Positions 38,799 through 51,345 of a DNA stretch of 64,000 nucleotides are shown here, in pieces. The notes beneath the pieces are model-generated. The model had not been told where the DNA came from, did not search any database, and saw only the letters and a program-made list of their open reading frames with translations. Position numbers and translations under genes: made by a program. Numbering within the stretch: position 1 is the stretch's first letter; the number at the start of each line of letters is the position of its first letter. The stretch comes from a candidate division FCPU426 bacterium (GTDB lineage: Bacteria > Oederibacteriota > Muellerivitia > Muellerivitales > Muellerivitaceae): positions 1-64,000 of the forward strand of contig CAVTWJ010000014.1 of NCBI GenBank assembly GCA_963738405.1, written 5' to 3'.

Positions 38799-39389
38799 TT
38801 ATTTCTTGGCTTGAGCCGCCGCGGCCGCCATATTCGCCTCAGCCGAGGGCGCGGTTCGCATGGCATCGCGATGTGCTTTTAACTGCTTGGCCTTTTCCAT
38901 GAATTGTACCTTGGCTTGCTTTTGTTTGTTTTCTTCTCTTGCTTCAAGGTAAGCAAAGGCGTTGGCCTTCAAAAGCATGGTCTCAGCCACATAGGCGCCC
39001 ACGCCGTAATTCACGAAGGCCGGCAGGAGGGCGGATAGGGCCACCAGGGCCAACAGCCAGAGGCTCGACATGGTTTGAGGCAAACCCAGCATGGGTTTTT
39101 GCATCATGGCTAGGTAAACCACTCCCACCATCATGGCCACGATCACGATCAGAAAAAAACCTAAGAGGCGGTAGGTCGAGCGTATCTTTTCATAGGTTAA
39201 CTGCAGATCCTCGGCGTATTGCCTGACGGATTGGCCCCTCTCCTCGAGCTTTTCCTTCCATTGGTCGTCCCAAAGAAGTATTTTGCGCCTCAGCATCACG
39301 CCGAAAACCAGGACCATAAACGTCACGGTCCAGGTCAGCAAAGATAACAAAAAGAACCCGATGGCCGATTCAACGGTAGGGTTTGTCAT
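38799..39389 (-). CDS. Hypothetical membrane protein (3 TM)
   Basis: SD GGAGG; three hydrophobic segments. Confidence 0.7.
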   Translation of the reverse strand: MTNPTVESAIGFFLLSLLTWTVTFMVLVFGVMLRRKILLWDDQWKEKLEERGQSVRQYAEDLQLTYEKIRSTYRLLGFFLIVIVAMMVGVVYLAMMQKPMLGLPQTMSSLWLLALVALSALLPAFVNYGVGAYVAETMLLKANAFAYLEAREENKQKQAKVQFMEKAKQLKAHRDAMRTAPSAEANMAAAAAQAKK

Positions 39390-39416
39390 TCGTCCTCCAT
39401 CCCTGGTTTATTCTTT

Positions 39417-40103
39417 TTAAGAATGCGTCAATTGGACCGTCGCGTCCAAGAGTTCCAACAGCCGCTGTTTCACTTCGTTCCATTGGGGACCCCCGTCCCC
39501 GTTCTGTTTGGCCTGCTGCCAGGCCATGACCAACTGGGTTAAAATCTTGTCCCCTTCGGCGATCAAGGCCATGCGCACCGCCATCCGGCGGTTTTCTTCC
39601 TCTTGCGCGTAATCATCCTTCAGCCTCGAGAGCATCTCGGCCTGGGCCTCGGGGCTGGTGGCTTCGGCCTGGAGCGTGGACCGGACCTCAGCTTCCACCC
39701 TCTGCCGGATGGAAGATTCCAACACCTTCAGAAGCTCGTTTTGATCCAGGGACAGCCCCGCGGGAACCGCTATGGGGGCTGAGGCCGAGGGTGCCGCCGC
39801 GACCACCGGAGAAACCTTGGGTGAGTAATCTTCCCAATCCGACTCGCTGGCCAGTTCGGTCTTGATACCCCTGTTCTGGCCGAAAACCATCGGCATGAAC
39901 TCGTCGATCTTATCGTGATAGACCTTTAGTCCCACCTCAATTTCCTTCAAATCATCCGCCGTGCGGGCCAGAAGAACCAAATTGTATTTGGTCAACTCTT
40001 TCGGAAGAGCGGTTTTCATGTGTTGGTAGAGCCGCGCTTCCCGGACCTCGACGACCTTGAGGAAGGCTTGCCATTGGTTTTGGAGTTCAGCGTTGCCAGG
40101 CAT
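39417..40103 (-). CDS. Hypothetical protein (possible DnaA-N/DnaX-C-like domain plus coiled coil)
   Basis: SD GAGGGAG; globular N-terminus, Ala/Pro linker, helical C-terminus; overlaps the nnr 3' end by 88 nt. Confidence 0.65.
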   Translation of the reverse strand: MPGNAELQNQWQAFLKVVEVREARLYQHMKTALPKELTKYNLVLLARTADDLKEIEVGLKVYHDKIDEFMPMVFGQNRGIKTELASESDWEDYSPKVSPVVAAAPSASAPIAVPAGLSLDQNELLKVLESSIRQRVEAEVRSTLQAEATSPEAQAEMLSRLKDDYAQEEENRRMAVRMALIAEGDKILTQLVMAWQQAKQNGDGGPQWNEVKQRLLELLDATVQLTHS

Positions 40104-41668
40104 TGGGGCTCCCTCGGAGTTTCACTGATTTGTCGAAGCAATTTGGGGAAGATGGGTAAAAGATCCCCCGCCAACAGTCCGTCCGGCCCCATCCGCCGGG
40201 CTAATCTTTCCCCAGCCAATCCATGCAGATATACTCCGAGGGTGGCGGCATCGAAGGGGTTCAAACGCTGGGCTAAAAGCCCGCCAATGACTCCCGACAA
40301 CACATCTCCAGTTCCCGCAGTGGCCAAGGCCCGGTTGCCGGTGGGATTGATTCGAATTTCCCCCCTGGGGCTGGCAATGACGGTATGACGACCCTTTAGG
40401 ACAAGCACGACATTATAGCCCTCGGCAATTTGCTTCGCAACTTTGAGCCGGTTTTGTTCCACTTCGGAAATGCTGATCTTAAGCAGCCAAGCCGCCTCGC
40501 CTGGATGAGGCGTCAGGATGACCGGAGCCTTCACAGCCTTGAATATGTCCAATTGTCCCCCCAACAGGTTGAGGGCGTCCGCGTCCACGACCATAGGGAG
40601 CGTAAGCTTGGTCAAGAGGTCTCGAACCAGTTGAGCGGTTTCACGATGACGTCCAATGCCGGGCCCGATGACCACCGAGTTCACATTGGTGCAGAGGCCA
40701 AGGATTCGGCCCGCCGCCTTGAGGGAGAGGAACCCGCCCGCCACCTCAGGGACCGGCGCGGTCATGGGCTCGGTCAGTTTGACTTCCAATATGGCGTTGA
40801 GGCTCTCGGGGCATGCGACCGTTACAAGACCCGCTCCAATGCGTTGGGCGCCCAACGCGCTTAAAGTCGCGGCCCCGGTCAAGCCCGTGGCGCCCGCCAC
40901 TACCACCACCCTTCCCCGGCTTCCCTTGTGGGTGTAATCGTCGTAACGGGGCAGGGCTTTCCGGACGGTTTCTCTTTCGGTTATTTCATGTTTTAAAAAG
41001 GGAGCGTTTAGCAGTTCATCGGGAAAACCAATCGGGTCCACCTTCCATTTCCCCAAGTAGGCTGGAGCCGTGGGGGAATAAAACCCAACCTTGGGCAGGC
41101 CGAAAGTAACCGTCCGATGGGCGCTCAATACCTCTCCCAAGGGGTTACCCGTATCCGCCGACAGCCCGGATGGAATATCCACCGCCACGACGGGCTTTCC
41201 CAATCCCTTTGCCAGGCGGATCAAGTCCTTGGCCAAGCCTTCCACGGGGCGGCTCAAACCGGTGCCCAGAATCGCGTCCACCAGAAGATCGCATTCTTCC
41301 AGGGCCACCTGGATGGATTTTAAATTTCCGGCTTCTTCCAAAAAAAGAATCGGCACCTTGGCCGTTTTGGCCCTTTGAAACTGGCCCAGGGTTTCCTCCG
41401 CCAGGGATTCGGCGTCCCCCAGCACTACCGCCACCACGCTGGCTTTGACCGCTTTCAAGAGGCGGGCCGTTACCAATCCATCCCCGCCGTTATGCCCCTT
41501 GCCGCACAAAACCCCCACGGTGCGTTTGGAAAGGGGGGCAAAATGTTCCTCCAACTCTCTTAAAACCGCTTCCCCGGCCGATTCCATCAATTGGCGGACG
41601 GACAACCCATAATCTTGAACCGCCAATTCATCGATTTTTTTCATATCCCGGGCTGTGGCAAGTTTCAT
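40016..41668 (-). CDS. nnr: Bifunctional NAD(P)H-hydrate epimerase/dehydratase
   Basis: LMESAG, CGKGHNGGDG, VDAILGTG, DIPSG, HKGSRG, GPGIG, DADAL, TPHPGE, ATAGTGDVLSG. Confidence 0.96.
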   Translation of the reverse strand: MKLATARDMKKIDELAVQDYGLSVRQLMESAGEAVLRELEEHFAPLSKRTVGVLCGKGHNGGDGLVTARLLKAVKASVVAVVLGDAESLAEETLGQFQRAKTAKVPILFLEEAGNLKSIQVALEECDLLVDAILGTGLSRPVEGLAKDLIRLAKGLGKPVVAVDIPSGLSADTGNPLGEVLSAHRTVTFGLPKVGFYSPTAPAYLGKWKVDPIGFPDELLNAPFLKHEITERETVRKALPRYDDYTHKGSRGRVVVVAGATGLTGAATLSALGAQRIGAGLVTVACPESLNAILEVKLTEPMTAPVPEVAGGFLSLKAAGRILGLCTNVNSVVIGPGIGRHRETAQLVRDLLTKLTLPMVVDADALNLLGGQLDIFKAVKAPVILTPHPGEAAWLLKISISEVEQNRLKVAKQIAEGYNVVLVLKGRHTVIASPRGEIRINPTGNRALATAGTGDVLSGVIGGLLAQRLNPFDAATLGVYLHGLAGERLARRMGPDGLLAGDLLPIFPKLLRQISETPREPQCLATLNSKTNGKPSSRSSRSGKRGSTNT

Positions 41669-41683
41669 GGCGCCTCCTGAAGG

Positions 41684-43171
41684 CTATTTCTCGATGTGGT
41701 AGATCAGGCTTGTAAAAAATTGAGGTCTGAACCGGAAGGCGGTCGCTTCGAATCGGTTCTGGAGAGTGGGGTCTTCCATGAGGTCGGTTAAAAGCGGCAC
41801 CACCATGCTTTTATCCTGTCGCAAGACCACCGCCCCCAGCCTTTCCCGCATATTCACATCCACAAAACTTAACCGGTCGGTATAGAAACTATGGAGCGCC
41901 ACATAGGCGCCCTTGGGAGGGTTAAAGGGAAGGGTTACAAGAATCGGGTTTCGGCCGGACCAATATTGGGTTTTGGGAATTTCATCCGAATAAATCACTG
42001 CGTCGGGCGGGAGCGTATTTAAATACTCCGCCGAACGCTTGATGTCGCCGAAGGAATCATATTGGGCAATGATAACAGCGGCGGAATAGATGACCGACCA
42101 GGCCAGCATCACCGTCAAAAGGGTGTTCTTGAGAAGCAATTTGTAGATGGGCCGATGAGGCTCTTTCCAGCGGATAAAAAAGAGATCCAACTGGTAGCCT
42201 GCGGCGACCGCGACCAGCGGTAAAAAAGGAAGAAGATACCGGTCCTGGTAAGCGGTTGGAAAAAGTCTGGATAAAAAAAGAACCATATAAACCTGAAGAA
42301 TCACCCGCCGGAAGGCATTGCCCTCCGCCCCTTCCCGGTTGGCCATTTTCCCGATCCCCAAGATGGCCGCCCCGTAGATGAGGGGAGTAAACACAAAGGC
42401 GGGCTGGGTCAGGTAGGTGTAAAGATGCTCCATGAAGTTGAGAAAAAACAAATGGTGGCCCGATAGGCCCGATGCGGTTCCCGCCCCTTCCCGGTAAGCT
42501 TCCAATATGGTCATGAACTTTGGCAGCAGCAGATACATCGGCCCTGCCCAAACAAGAAGGGTCATCAGCCTTCGGGGCCAAAGAGTTCTTTTCTCGAGCC
42601 CCTCGCCCACGGCCCAAATCCAAGGCAAAAGGAGGTAGCCTTCCGGGCGGGTACAGGCGGCAACCGCAGCGGTAAGGCTGGCCGTAATCCAGGCGCCTGG
42701 GTGCTGATCCGCTTCCGCCGCAGTTAACCTTTCCAACGCCAGCCAGAAAAACAGAAGAAAAAAAACATCCGGCATCACCTTTAAGGACCACTGCCAAAGC
42801 AGGGGAGAAAAAAGGGCCATGGTGCAAACCAGCCCGGACATTTCGGTCGACATCCAACGCCTGCTGAACCGCCAAAGAGGAAGTAAAAAAAGAAGCCCCG
42901 CAAGGGCCGAAACCCACCGCCCTAAGATCCACCCGGTTGCCCCCATGCACTGACCCAAAAACAGAAGAAAGGGATAACCGGGAAAAAGCACAAACCGCTC
43001 GTTAGGCACGAAATGAGGGGAAAAATAAGTGAGGCTGTAGACCCCATCGGTAGTCTCAGCGGCGGCCATGCGCAGCAGGGGAAGACGCGTGACCACACCC
43101 ATGAACAGCAAAAACCAAAACCAATGGGCCGCGGTGAGGATGCGGGGTTTCCACTCTTTGGAGGAGGGCAT
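41684..43171 (-). CDS. ArnT/PMT-like (GT-C) membrane glycosyltransferase
   Basis: ETTD loop, PGYP, MPD, TRPEG, DRYLLP; multiple TMs. Confidence 0.75.
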   Translation of the reverse strand: MPSSKEWKPRILTAAHWFWFLLFMGVVTRLPLLRMAAAETTDGVYSLTYFSPHFVPNERFVLFPGYPFLLFLGQCMGATGWILGRWVSALAGLLFLLPLWRFSRRWMSTEMSGLVCTMALFSPLLWQWSLKVMPDVFFLLFFWLALERLTAAEADQHPGAWITASLTAAVAACTRPEGYLLLPWIWAVGEGLEKRTLWPRRLMTLLVWAGPMYLLLPKFMTILEAYREGAGTASGLSGHHLFFLNFMEHLYTYLTQPAFVFTPLIYGAAILGIGKMANREGAEGNAFRRVILQVYMVLFLSRLFPTAYQDRYLLPFLPLVAVAAGYQLDLFFIRWKEPHRPIYKLLLKNTLLTVMLAWSVIYSAAVIIAQYDSFGDIKRSAEYLNTLPPDAVIYSDEIPKTQYWSGRNPILVTLPFNPPKGAYVALHSFYTDRLSFVDVNMRERLGAVVLRQDKSMVVPLLTDLMEDPTLQNRFEATAFRFRPQFFTSLIYHIEK

Positions 43172-43179
43172 ATCGTTCC

Positions 43180-43563
43180 TTACAACCTAGATTCTAAGAT
43201 CACCGTTGCAGTCGCATCCCTTTTGCTATGGGCCAGGGTTAAGTGAAGAAACTCGATACCGCGCTCAACCCTTAATTTTTCAAAGATTCCCAACAACCGC
43301 AGAGAGGGTTTTCCCGCCTCGTCGCGCAGAACCTCAATCTGGTTCCATTTCCACCGGCCCCCGAAACCCCGGCTGAAGGCCTTGATGACAGCCTCTTTCG
43401 CGGCAAAACGGCCGGCGAGCGAGGGATAGGGGTCGGATTTTTTTAGGCAGTAAGCGGCTTCTTGGGGAGTGAAGAGGCGGTCGATAAAACGCTTACCGAA
43501 TCTTTCATGGGCGAGCTTCACCCGGTCGATCTCGATTAAATCCACACCTACACCCACAATCAT
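43180..43563 (-). CDS. acpS: Holo-ACP synthase
   Basis: GVGVDLIEIDR, AGRFAAKEAVIKA, GKP. Confidence 0.96.
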   Translation of the reverse strand: MIVGVGVDLIEIDRVKLAHERFGKRFIDRLFTPQEAAYCLKKSDPYPSLAGRFAAKEAVIKAFSRGFGGRWKWNQIEVLRDEAGKPSLRLLGIFEKLRVERGIEFLHLTLAHSKRDATATVILESRL

Positions 43564-43641
43564 GGCATACCTTTTTATTACGAGGAGGTGGCGTATTTTA
43601 TCGGCGGGAAGCGTCGGATGACAAGTCCGTGGGAAAAGGGG

Positions 43642-44061
43642 TTAGGAACCGGCCCTTTTGGCCTCTTCGATGACCTTCAAGCGGCCCTGGGCCCTTTCCA
43701 ATTTGGACAAGACTTCAGGATTGTTCTTCATTTCTTTTTTTGAGGCCATCAGTTCCTTGGCCGTTTCCATGGATTTTTTGGCGCGATCCGCGTCAATTTC
43801 ATCGGCCTTCTCGTAGGCCTCGGCCAGCACGATCACCGACTTGGGGTTCACTTCCACAAACCCCTTGGAAACAAAATAAAGCTCCCGCTTTCCGTTGGCC
43901 GTCACCTTGAGGGTGCCGGGCTTGATCGTCGCCATGATCGGCATATGGCGGGCCATGACACCGAACTCCCCGGCGCTTCCCGGCAATGTCACCAAGGTGA
44001 CCTCGGAAGCGAATCCCGGCTTATCGGGGGAAACAACCTGGAGCTGGAGAGTGTTGGCCAT
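43642..44061 (-). CDS. atpC: ATP synthase F1 epsilon
   Basis: LQVVSPD, GEFGVMARH, GFVEV; position in operon. Confidence 0.95.
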   Translation of the reverse strand: MANTLQLQVVSPDKPGFASEVTLVTLPGSAGEFGVMARHMPIMATIKPGTLKVTANGKRELYFVSKGFVEVNPKSVIVLAEAYEKADEIDADRAKKSMETAKELMASKKEMKNNPEVLSKLERAQGRLKVIEEAKRAGS

Positions 44062-44210
44062 GGGATTCCCTTTCCTTACATCTTGAGACCTCTGAAAAAA
44101 TTAAAAAAAGCGACAACCCGAGGTCTCAATCCCAAAGATTTCCGCAGGAAATCGTGGGGTCACATTGAATGTTTTACTGGAAAAGGCGGCAAGGCCGACT
44201 TTTCCAGAGA

Positions 44211-45629
<1,419 letters not shown>

Positions 45630-45679
45630 TCATTTCCTCCAAGATTTCAAAGGCCCAACCGGGCCTCTTCTCTCCCCAT

Positions 45680-46537
45680 CTATTTCAAGGCTTCCGCTCC
45701 ACCGACGATTTCCGCCAATTCCTTGGTAATCATGGCCTGCCGGGCCCGGTTATAGTCCAGAGTCAGCTTGGCGATCATTTCCCCTGCGTTCTTGCTGGCC
45801 GATTCCATGGCGCTCCGTTTGGCACCCATTTCAGAGGAGAAACTCTCCAGCAGGTAGCGGTGGATCATCGTGGCCAGGTACTGGGACACCAGGGAATTCA
45901 AAATGGTGTCCAGATCCGGCTCAAAATCATAATCGGCCGTCAAGCCCTTGGCCTCCCCTGGAATTTCCTGAAGCCGAATGGGAAGCAATAGATCCATGGC
46001 GGTCTTTTGCGAAATCACGCTTTTGAATTCGGTGTAAAGCACCCGAATCTCTTTGTATCCGCCCCGAATGAACAACCCTTCGATCTCGTCGCGCATCTCC
46101 AACACGGTCTCATGCGGGATATTCGGAAATACATAGAGCCATTCTTTGATGATGTTGAATTTACGGCGCTTGAAGAAATCCCGCCCCTTTTTACCGATGG
46201 TGATCAGGTCCGTACCGGGGTTTTCCCGCAAGTAGGCCTGGGCTTGCCGGAAAATATTGGCGTTAAAACTTCCGCAAAGCCCGCGGTCCGCGCTGATGAC
46301 CACCAGGGCCGACTTGCCTTCCTGTTTCACCGCCAGGAGGGGATGGTCCCGTTCGGTGGTCTTGGCCGCCAGATTTTTCATCACTTCCGCCATGCGGATG
46401 GCGTAGGGCCGGGCGCTCAAGATGCGCTGTTGGGCGCGTTTCAAGCGGGCGGTGGCCACCATCTTCATGGCCTTGGTGATTTGGCCGATGTTCTTGACGC
46501 TTTTGATGCGTGTTTTGATTTCCCTGATCTGTGCCAT
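45680..46537 (-). CDS. atpG: ATP synthase F1 gamma
   Basis: ITKAMKMVA, DRGLCG, YNRARQAMITKEL. Confidence 0.98.
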   Translation of the reverse strand: MAQIREIKTRIKSVKNIGQITKAMKMVATARLKRAQQRILSARPYAIRMAEVMKNLAAKTTERDHPLLAVKQEGKSALVVISADRGLCGSFNANIFRQAQAYLRENPGTDLITIGKKGRDFFKRRKFNIIKEWLYVFPNIPHETVLEMRDEIEGLFIRGGYKEIRVLYTEFKSVISQKTAMDLLLPIRLQEIPGEAKGLTADYDFEPDLDTILNSLVSQYLATMIHRYLLESFSSEMGAKRSAMESASKNAGEMIAKLTLDYNRARQAMITKELAEIVGGAEALK

Positions 46538-46560
46538 GGGCGGTCCTCAAAAACCTTTCA

Positions 46561-48069
46561 TCAAGCCACGAATGACTTGGAGAATTCCTCGATGGCCGAG
46601 ACCAGCTTCGCCTTGTTGTCGTCCGTCAGGTCGTTTATCTCGCGGATTTCTTTCAGGATCGCCGGGTACTTTTCTTTCAGAAAGTTTAAAAGCCCCGTCT
46701 CAAAGGGTTTCACCTTCTCGATGGGCAGGTTATCCATATAGCCGCTAATCCCGGCGAAGATGGAAGCCACCTGATCTTCCATGATCATGGGGGAATACTG
46801 GGGCTGCTTCATCAGCTCCACCATATGGGACCCCCGGTTCAGCTGGGCCATGGAGGTTTTGTCCAATTCGGCGCCGAACTGGGCGAAGGCCGCCAGTTCG
46901 TTGTACTGGGCCATGTCCAATTTCAGCTTGCCCGCCACCTTCTTGGTGGCCTTGGTTTGGGCGTTGCCGCCCACGCGGGAGACCGAGATACCCACGTTAA
47001 TGGCCGGGCGAATACCCGAGTTGAAAAGGTTTGATTCAAGGAAGATCTGCCCGTCGGTAATGGAAATAACGTTGGTCGGGATATAAGCCGTCACGTCTCC
47101 CGCCTGTGTCTCGATAATCGGGAGGGCCGTTAAGGAACCGCCGCCCAACTTGTCATTCAACTTACAGGCGCGTTCCAATAGGCGTGAATGAAGGTAGAAA
47201 ACATCCCCCGGGTAGGCCTCGCGTCCCGGTGGACGGCGCAAGAGGAGGGACAATTCCCGATAGGCCACGGCTTGTTTGGACAAGTCGTCATAAATAATCA
47301 AGGCGTGCCCGCCGTTATAGGTGAATTCTTCCGCCATGGCGCATCCCGCGTAGGGGGCGATGTATTGCAGGGGCGCCGGGTCGGAAGCGGTGGAGGAAAC
47401 GATGATGCAATAACTCAACGCGTCGCGTTCTTCCAGGGTGCGAACCACTTGGGCCACCGTGGACTGCTTTTGGCCGATGGCCACATAAACGCAGATGACG
47501 CCCTTTCCCTTCTGGTTCAGGATCGCGTCAATGGCAATGGCAGTCTTTCCCGTCTGGCGGTCGCCGATGATCAACTCGCGCTGGCCCCGGCCGATAGGAA
47601 TCATGCAATCGATGGCCTTAATACCTGTATGAAGGGGTTCCTTCACCGGCTGGCGCTGCACCACGCCTGGGGCGCGGATCTCAAGCCTTCGGGTCGTGGT
47701 GGCCTTCAGGGGTCCCTTGCCGTCCAGGGGGATGCCGAGGGGATTCACCACCCGTCCCAGAAGTTCCTTGCCCGTCGGCACTTCGGCGATACGACCGGTC
47801 AACTCAACGGGATCGCCCTCGTGCACCAGGCGGGTTTCACCCATCAGCACCGCGCCCACGGAGTCGGTCTCCAGGTTAAAAGTAATGCCGTAGACGTCGT
47901 TGGGAAATTTGAGCAATTCGCCGGCCATGGCGTTTTTCAATCCGTAAATCACGGCCACGCCGTCCCCAACCTTAAGGACTTCTCCCACCTGGGAGAGATC
48001 GGTCTCGGCCTTGAATTCCTTGATTTTGGATTTCAGGATTTTCGTTACTTCATCCGCTTGGAGCGCCAC
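46561..48069 (-). CDS. atpA: ATP synthase F1 alpha
   Basis: [32 protein letters not shown] start behind GGAGG. Confidence 0.99.
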   Translation of the reverse strand: MALQADEVTKILKSKIKEFKAETDLSQVGEVLKVGDGVAVIYGLKNAMAGELLKFPNDVYGITFNLETDSVGAVLMGETRLVHEGDPVELTGRIAEVPTGKELLGRVVNPLGIPLDGKGPLKATTTRRLEIRAPGVVQRQPVKEPLHTGIKAIDCMIPIGRGQRELIIGDRQTGKTAIAIDAILNQKGKGVICVYVAIGQKQSTVAQVVRTLEERDALSYCIIVSSTASDPAPLQYIAPYAGCAMAEEFTYNGGHALIIYDDLSKQAVAYRELSLLLRRPPGREAYPGDVFYLHSRLLERACKLNDKLGGGSLTALPIIETQAGDVTAYIPTNVISITDGQIFLESNLFNSGIRPAINVGISVSRVGGNAQTKATKKVAGKLKLDMAQYNELAAFAQFGAELDKTSMAQLNRGSHMVELMKQPQYSPMIMEDQVASIFAGISGYMDNLPIEKVKPFETGLLNFLKEKYPAILKEIREINDLTDDNKAKLVSAIEEFSKSFVA

Positions 48070-48100
48070 AGTGTTACCTCCGAGTATTCGTTAAAAAGGA

Positions 48101-48646
48101 TTAATCGATCTCGACCCGCAAAAGCCTCTGTTTCATCTTTTCAAGCTGCCCGAGGACGCTCCCGTCCATGCGCTGATCGCCTAAATAAATCATCATCCCG
48201 CCGATGAGGCCCGGCCTCACTTCTTCCTTCAGTTCCACGGTCAACCCCAGCATCTGCGAAAGCTTTTGGGAAAGGGACGATTTTTGGGCGGAGGTCAAGG
48301 GGCTGGCGGTCAAGACCCGCGCGATGGCCTTACCCCTCATCTCATAGCAAAGCCTCTCAAAGTGGTCCGCCACGGCTTTCAAATGCTTGATGCGTTTCTT
48401 GGTTAAAAGAAGGCGTAGGAAGTTTTCTAAAGTGGGAGAAAGGGCGCTTCCCAAAAGGGCTTTGAGGGCGTCCAATTTCTCCTGGGCCTTGACCCGGGGA
48501 TGCTCCAAGGTGACTTTCAACTCAGGGGATTCTTCCAAAAGCTTCTGCACCGCCTGCATCTCAGAGGAAAGCGAATCCACCGTCTTTTGCTCCTGGGCCA
48601 CCTGCAACAGCGCCACGGCGTACTTTTCGGCGATAACCGATTCCAT
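48101..48646 (-). CDS. atpH: ATP synthase delta
   Basis: YAVALL, LIGG..D..DGSV; position in operon. Confidence 0.95.
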   Translation of the reverse strand: MESVIAEKYAVALLQVAQEQKTVDSLSSEMQAVQKLLEESPELKVTLEHPRVKAQEKLDALKALLGSALSPTLENFLRLLLTKKRIKHLKAVADHFERLCYEMRGKAIARVLTASPLTSAQKSSLSQKLSQMLGLTVELKEEVRPGLIGGMMIYLGDQRMDGSVLGQLEKMKQRLLRVEID

Positions 48647-48668
48647 GGGCTTTCTCCTGATCTCGAAT

Positions 48669-49157
48669 TTAATTCTTGCGGGCGTTCAGCCCTTGAATGC
48701 TTTCCTGCACGATCTTGTCCTGCACCTTGGCGTCCACGCTGGCGCGGATGATCTTCTCAGCGATCTCGACTGCCATCGACCCGATTTCCCTCTGCAAGGT
48801 CGCGGAAGCGGCTTGGCGCTCGCTTTCCAAAACCTTCCTTGCATCGGCCAAGGTCAATTCGGATTCCTTGCGTGCGGCGTGAATGATTTCTTCCTTCATC
48901 CGATCCGCTTCCTTGCGGGCCGTTTGAAGGGTTTCGGCGGTCTTTTGCTCCAGATCCTTGAGCTTTTGCTCCAAATCCGACTGGAGCTTTTCAGATTCCT
49001 TTTGCCGCTGCTCAGCGGTGGCCAGCTGGCCCTCAATGCGCTTTTGCCGGTCCGCCATCCAGCCCCTCAGGTAGGGCAGGAAGACGACCGCGGACAGGGC
49101 CATGCCGATAACGAAGGTGGCAAGCTGCAGAAAAAATACACTGGCGTTAAATTCCAT
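48669..49157 (-). CDS. atpF: ATP synthase Fo subunit b
   Basis: N-terminal TM plus long charged coiled coil; start trimmed to MEFNAS at 49157. Confidence 0.92.
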   Translation of the reverse strand: MEFNASVFFLQLATFVIGMALSAVVFLPYLRGWMADRQKRIEGQLATAEQRQKESEKLQSDLEQKLKDLEQKTAETLQTARKEADRMKEEIIHAARKESELTLADARKVLESERQAASATLQREIGSMAVEIAEKIIRASVDAKVQDKIVQESIQGLNARKN

Positions 49158-49216
49158 GGCGTACCTTCCAATCGAATCCGGGGCCCTTCGGCCCCGGATT
49201 CGGAGTGCGGCTCGAT

Positions 49217-49618
<402 letters not shown>

Positions 49619-49679
49619 TCAAGCGGGGGCAAGACCCGGAGAATCCCGCCTGCGCGGGAACGTCGAAATCGTTTAAGCC

Positions 49680-50528
49680 TCAGCCGTGCTGGGGCTCGCC
49701 GGCCTCCTCATGCTCGTCATGGCCTTGGACGGCGCCGCCGATATATACCATGGCCAGGAGCATGAAAACAAAGGCTTGGATAAAAGAAATAAACACGCCC
49801 AACACCACAATGCACACCCTTAAAAGAAAGGGAAAAGAGGACATAATCTTGAAAACCGGCGCGCCGTTCCAAAAAAAGAGGACCAGGATGATGCAAACCG
49901 CCAGGACCTTCTCTTTCCCCATCATGTTCCCGAACAAACGCATGGTGAGGGAAACGGGTTTGATCAACTCTCCCGCGATGTGGATGAGGGGCATCATCAG
50001 ACAAAGGGCGAAATAGATGACGTTCATCATGAGTTTCAGCGCGAAAGGCGACTTGGGGTCCGCCGAAACTTTCGGGGGCAGGAAATGGGCCAGGTATTTC
50101 AACAGGCCTTTTTCTTTAATCCCCCAGATGTGGGTCGAGGCAAAAACAATCAGCGCCATGCCGACATTCATATCGACCCGGCTGGTGGGCGACACCAAAC
50201 CCGGGATGAGCCCCATGAGGTTCGAGAAGAAAATAAAAAAGAAAAGATAAAAAAACATAGGGAAGAAAAACTCGGCGTGCTTTCCGACGATGGGGTCGGC
50301 TAGGTCCTTCACGAAGTCGATGGAAAGTTCGAAAAAATTCTGGAGCCCCGTCGGCACCAATTTCAGGTTGCGTCGGGCAAGGAGGAAGAGAACCAACAGG
50401 AGGCAAAAAACAAAAAGCGCGACGCTGGAGACGTTGATCAGATTATCAAATCCCATAAAATTTCCGTGAAGGGAAATCGGGCTTTCAGCGGTTTCGATGC
50501 CCGGGATAGGACTTTCAGCGGCGGCCAT
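49680..50528 (-). CDS. atpB: ATP synthase Fo subunit a
   Basis: NLMGLIP, SLTMRLFGNM (essential Arg), IQAFVF. Confidence 0.96.
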   Translation of the reverse strand: MAAAESPIPGIETAESPISLHGNFMGFDNLINVSSVALFVFCLLLVLFLLARRNLKLVPTGLQNFFELSIDFVKDLADPIVGKHAEFFFPMFFYLFFFIFFSNLMGLIPGLVSPTSRVDMNVGMALIVFASTHIWGIKEKGLLKYLAHFLPPKVSADPKSPFALKLMMNVIYFALCLMMPLIHIAGELIKPVSLTMRLFGNMMGKEKVLAVCIILVLFFWNGAPVFKIMSSFPFLLRVCIVVLGVFISFIQAFVFMLLAMVYIGGAVQGHDEHEEAGEPQHG

Positions 50529-50683
50529 TCGCAGAACCTTTCAAAACATGAATAAGCGAAGGGAGAAAGGGAAGGTGTGGAAGAAAAACCGCCAAAAAGG
50601 TTTTTCGAGAGCGTCGTTACGGAAATTCGTGGTCAATGGTCAACTTTTCCCAATACAAAATCAAGTGAAAAACTTCCGCCGCT

Positions 50684-51109
50684 TCAGGCCTTATTAGATG
50701 ACAAAGACTGTCCCTCTTTTTTTCCCATCCAGCCTAAAACAAAAAGAAACCAAATGTACCCGGCAAGCGCTCCCAAAAGACAAATCGTTGATATTTGAAG
50801 GAGTCCCCAACAGGCAAAGGCAAGCAACAACCAGCGGAACAAATTCCAAAACCAAATTTGTCCGCCTCCCTTTTGAAATCCGCTCATGAGAATCTTGCCG
50901 GACATCCACCCGAGGGAAATTAAATAGAGAGATGAAAGTATCCCTCCCGTAAAAAGACCCAGACTGAAATCGGCTTTGTGAAAAATAAAATAGACCAGGC
51001 CGGAAGCCAGGGCGCAACCTCCAAGGGTCCATCGGGTAACGCTTAAGATGAGTGCAAGGGATAAATTTGCGGAAGCACTTCCGGATGGAGGCGGCGCGGG
51101 GGAAATCAT
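50684..51109 (-). CDS. atpI: ATP synthase subunit I-like membrane protein
   Basis: 4 TM protein immediately upstream of atpB. Confidence 0.7.
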   Translation of the reverse strand: MISPAPPPSGSASANLSLALILSVTRWTLGGCALASGLVYFIFHKADFSLGLFTGGILSSLYLISLGWMSGKILMSGFQKGGGQIWFWNLFRWLLLAFACWGLLQISTICLLGALAGYIWFLFVLGWMGKKEGQSLSSNKA

Positions 51110-51345
51110 GACCGGGGCGGATTTTTCGGGGGAGTCGAAATATCCCGAATGTCCCCGATCAAAAGATAAAACCCCGCGCAGACCCCCGCCAATAACCCCG
51201 CGATGATGACCCAGGGTCCCCAGTGCAGATAGCGGTTCAAGAGCCAGCCCACGCCCGCTCCCCCGAAGGTGGTCAGGACGAAGTTGATTCCGAGGGTGGA
51301 GAGTCGTACGAGATTGGCGCTGGTGGATAATTTTCCCTTGTCCAT
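51106..51345 (-). CDS. AtpZ/AtpI-family (ATPase gene 1) protein
   Basis: 79 aa, GAGVGWLLNRYL..PW..GLLAG; SD AAGGAGG. Confidence 0.8.
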   Translation of the reverse strand: MDKGKLSTSANLVRLSTLGINFVLTTFGGAGVGWLLNRYLHWGPWVIIAGLLAGVCAGFYLLIGDIRDISTPPKNPPRS

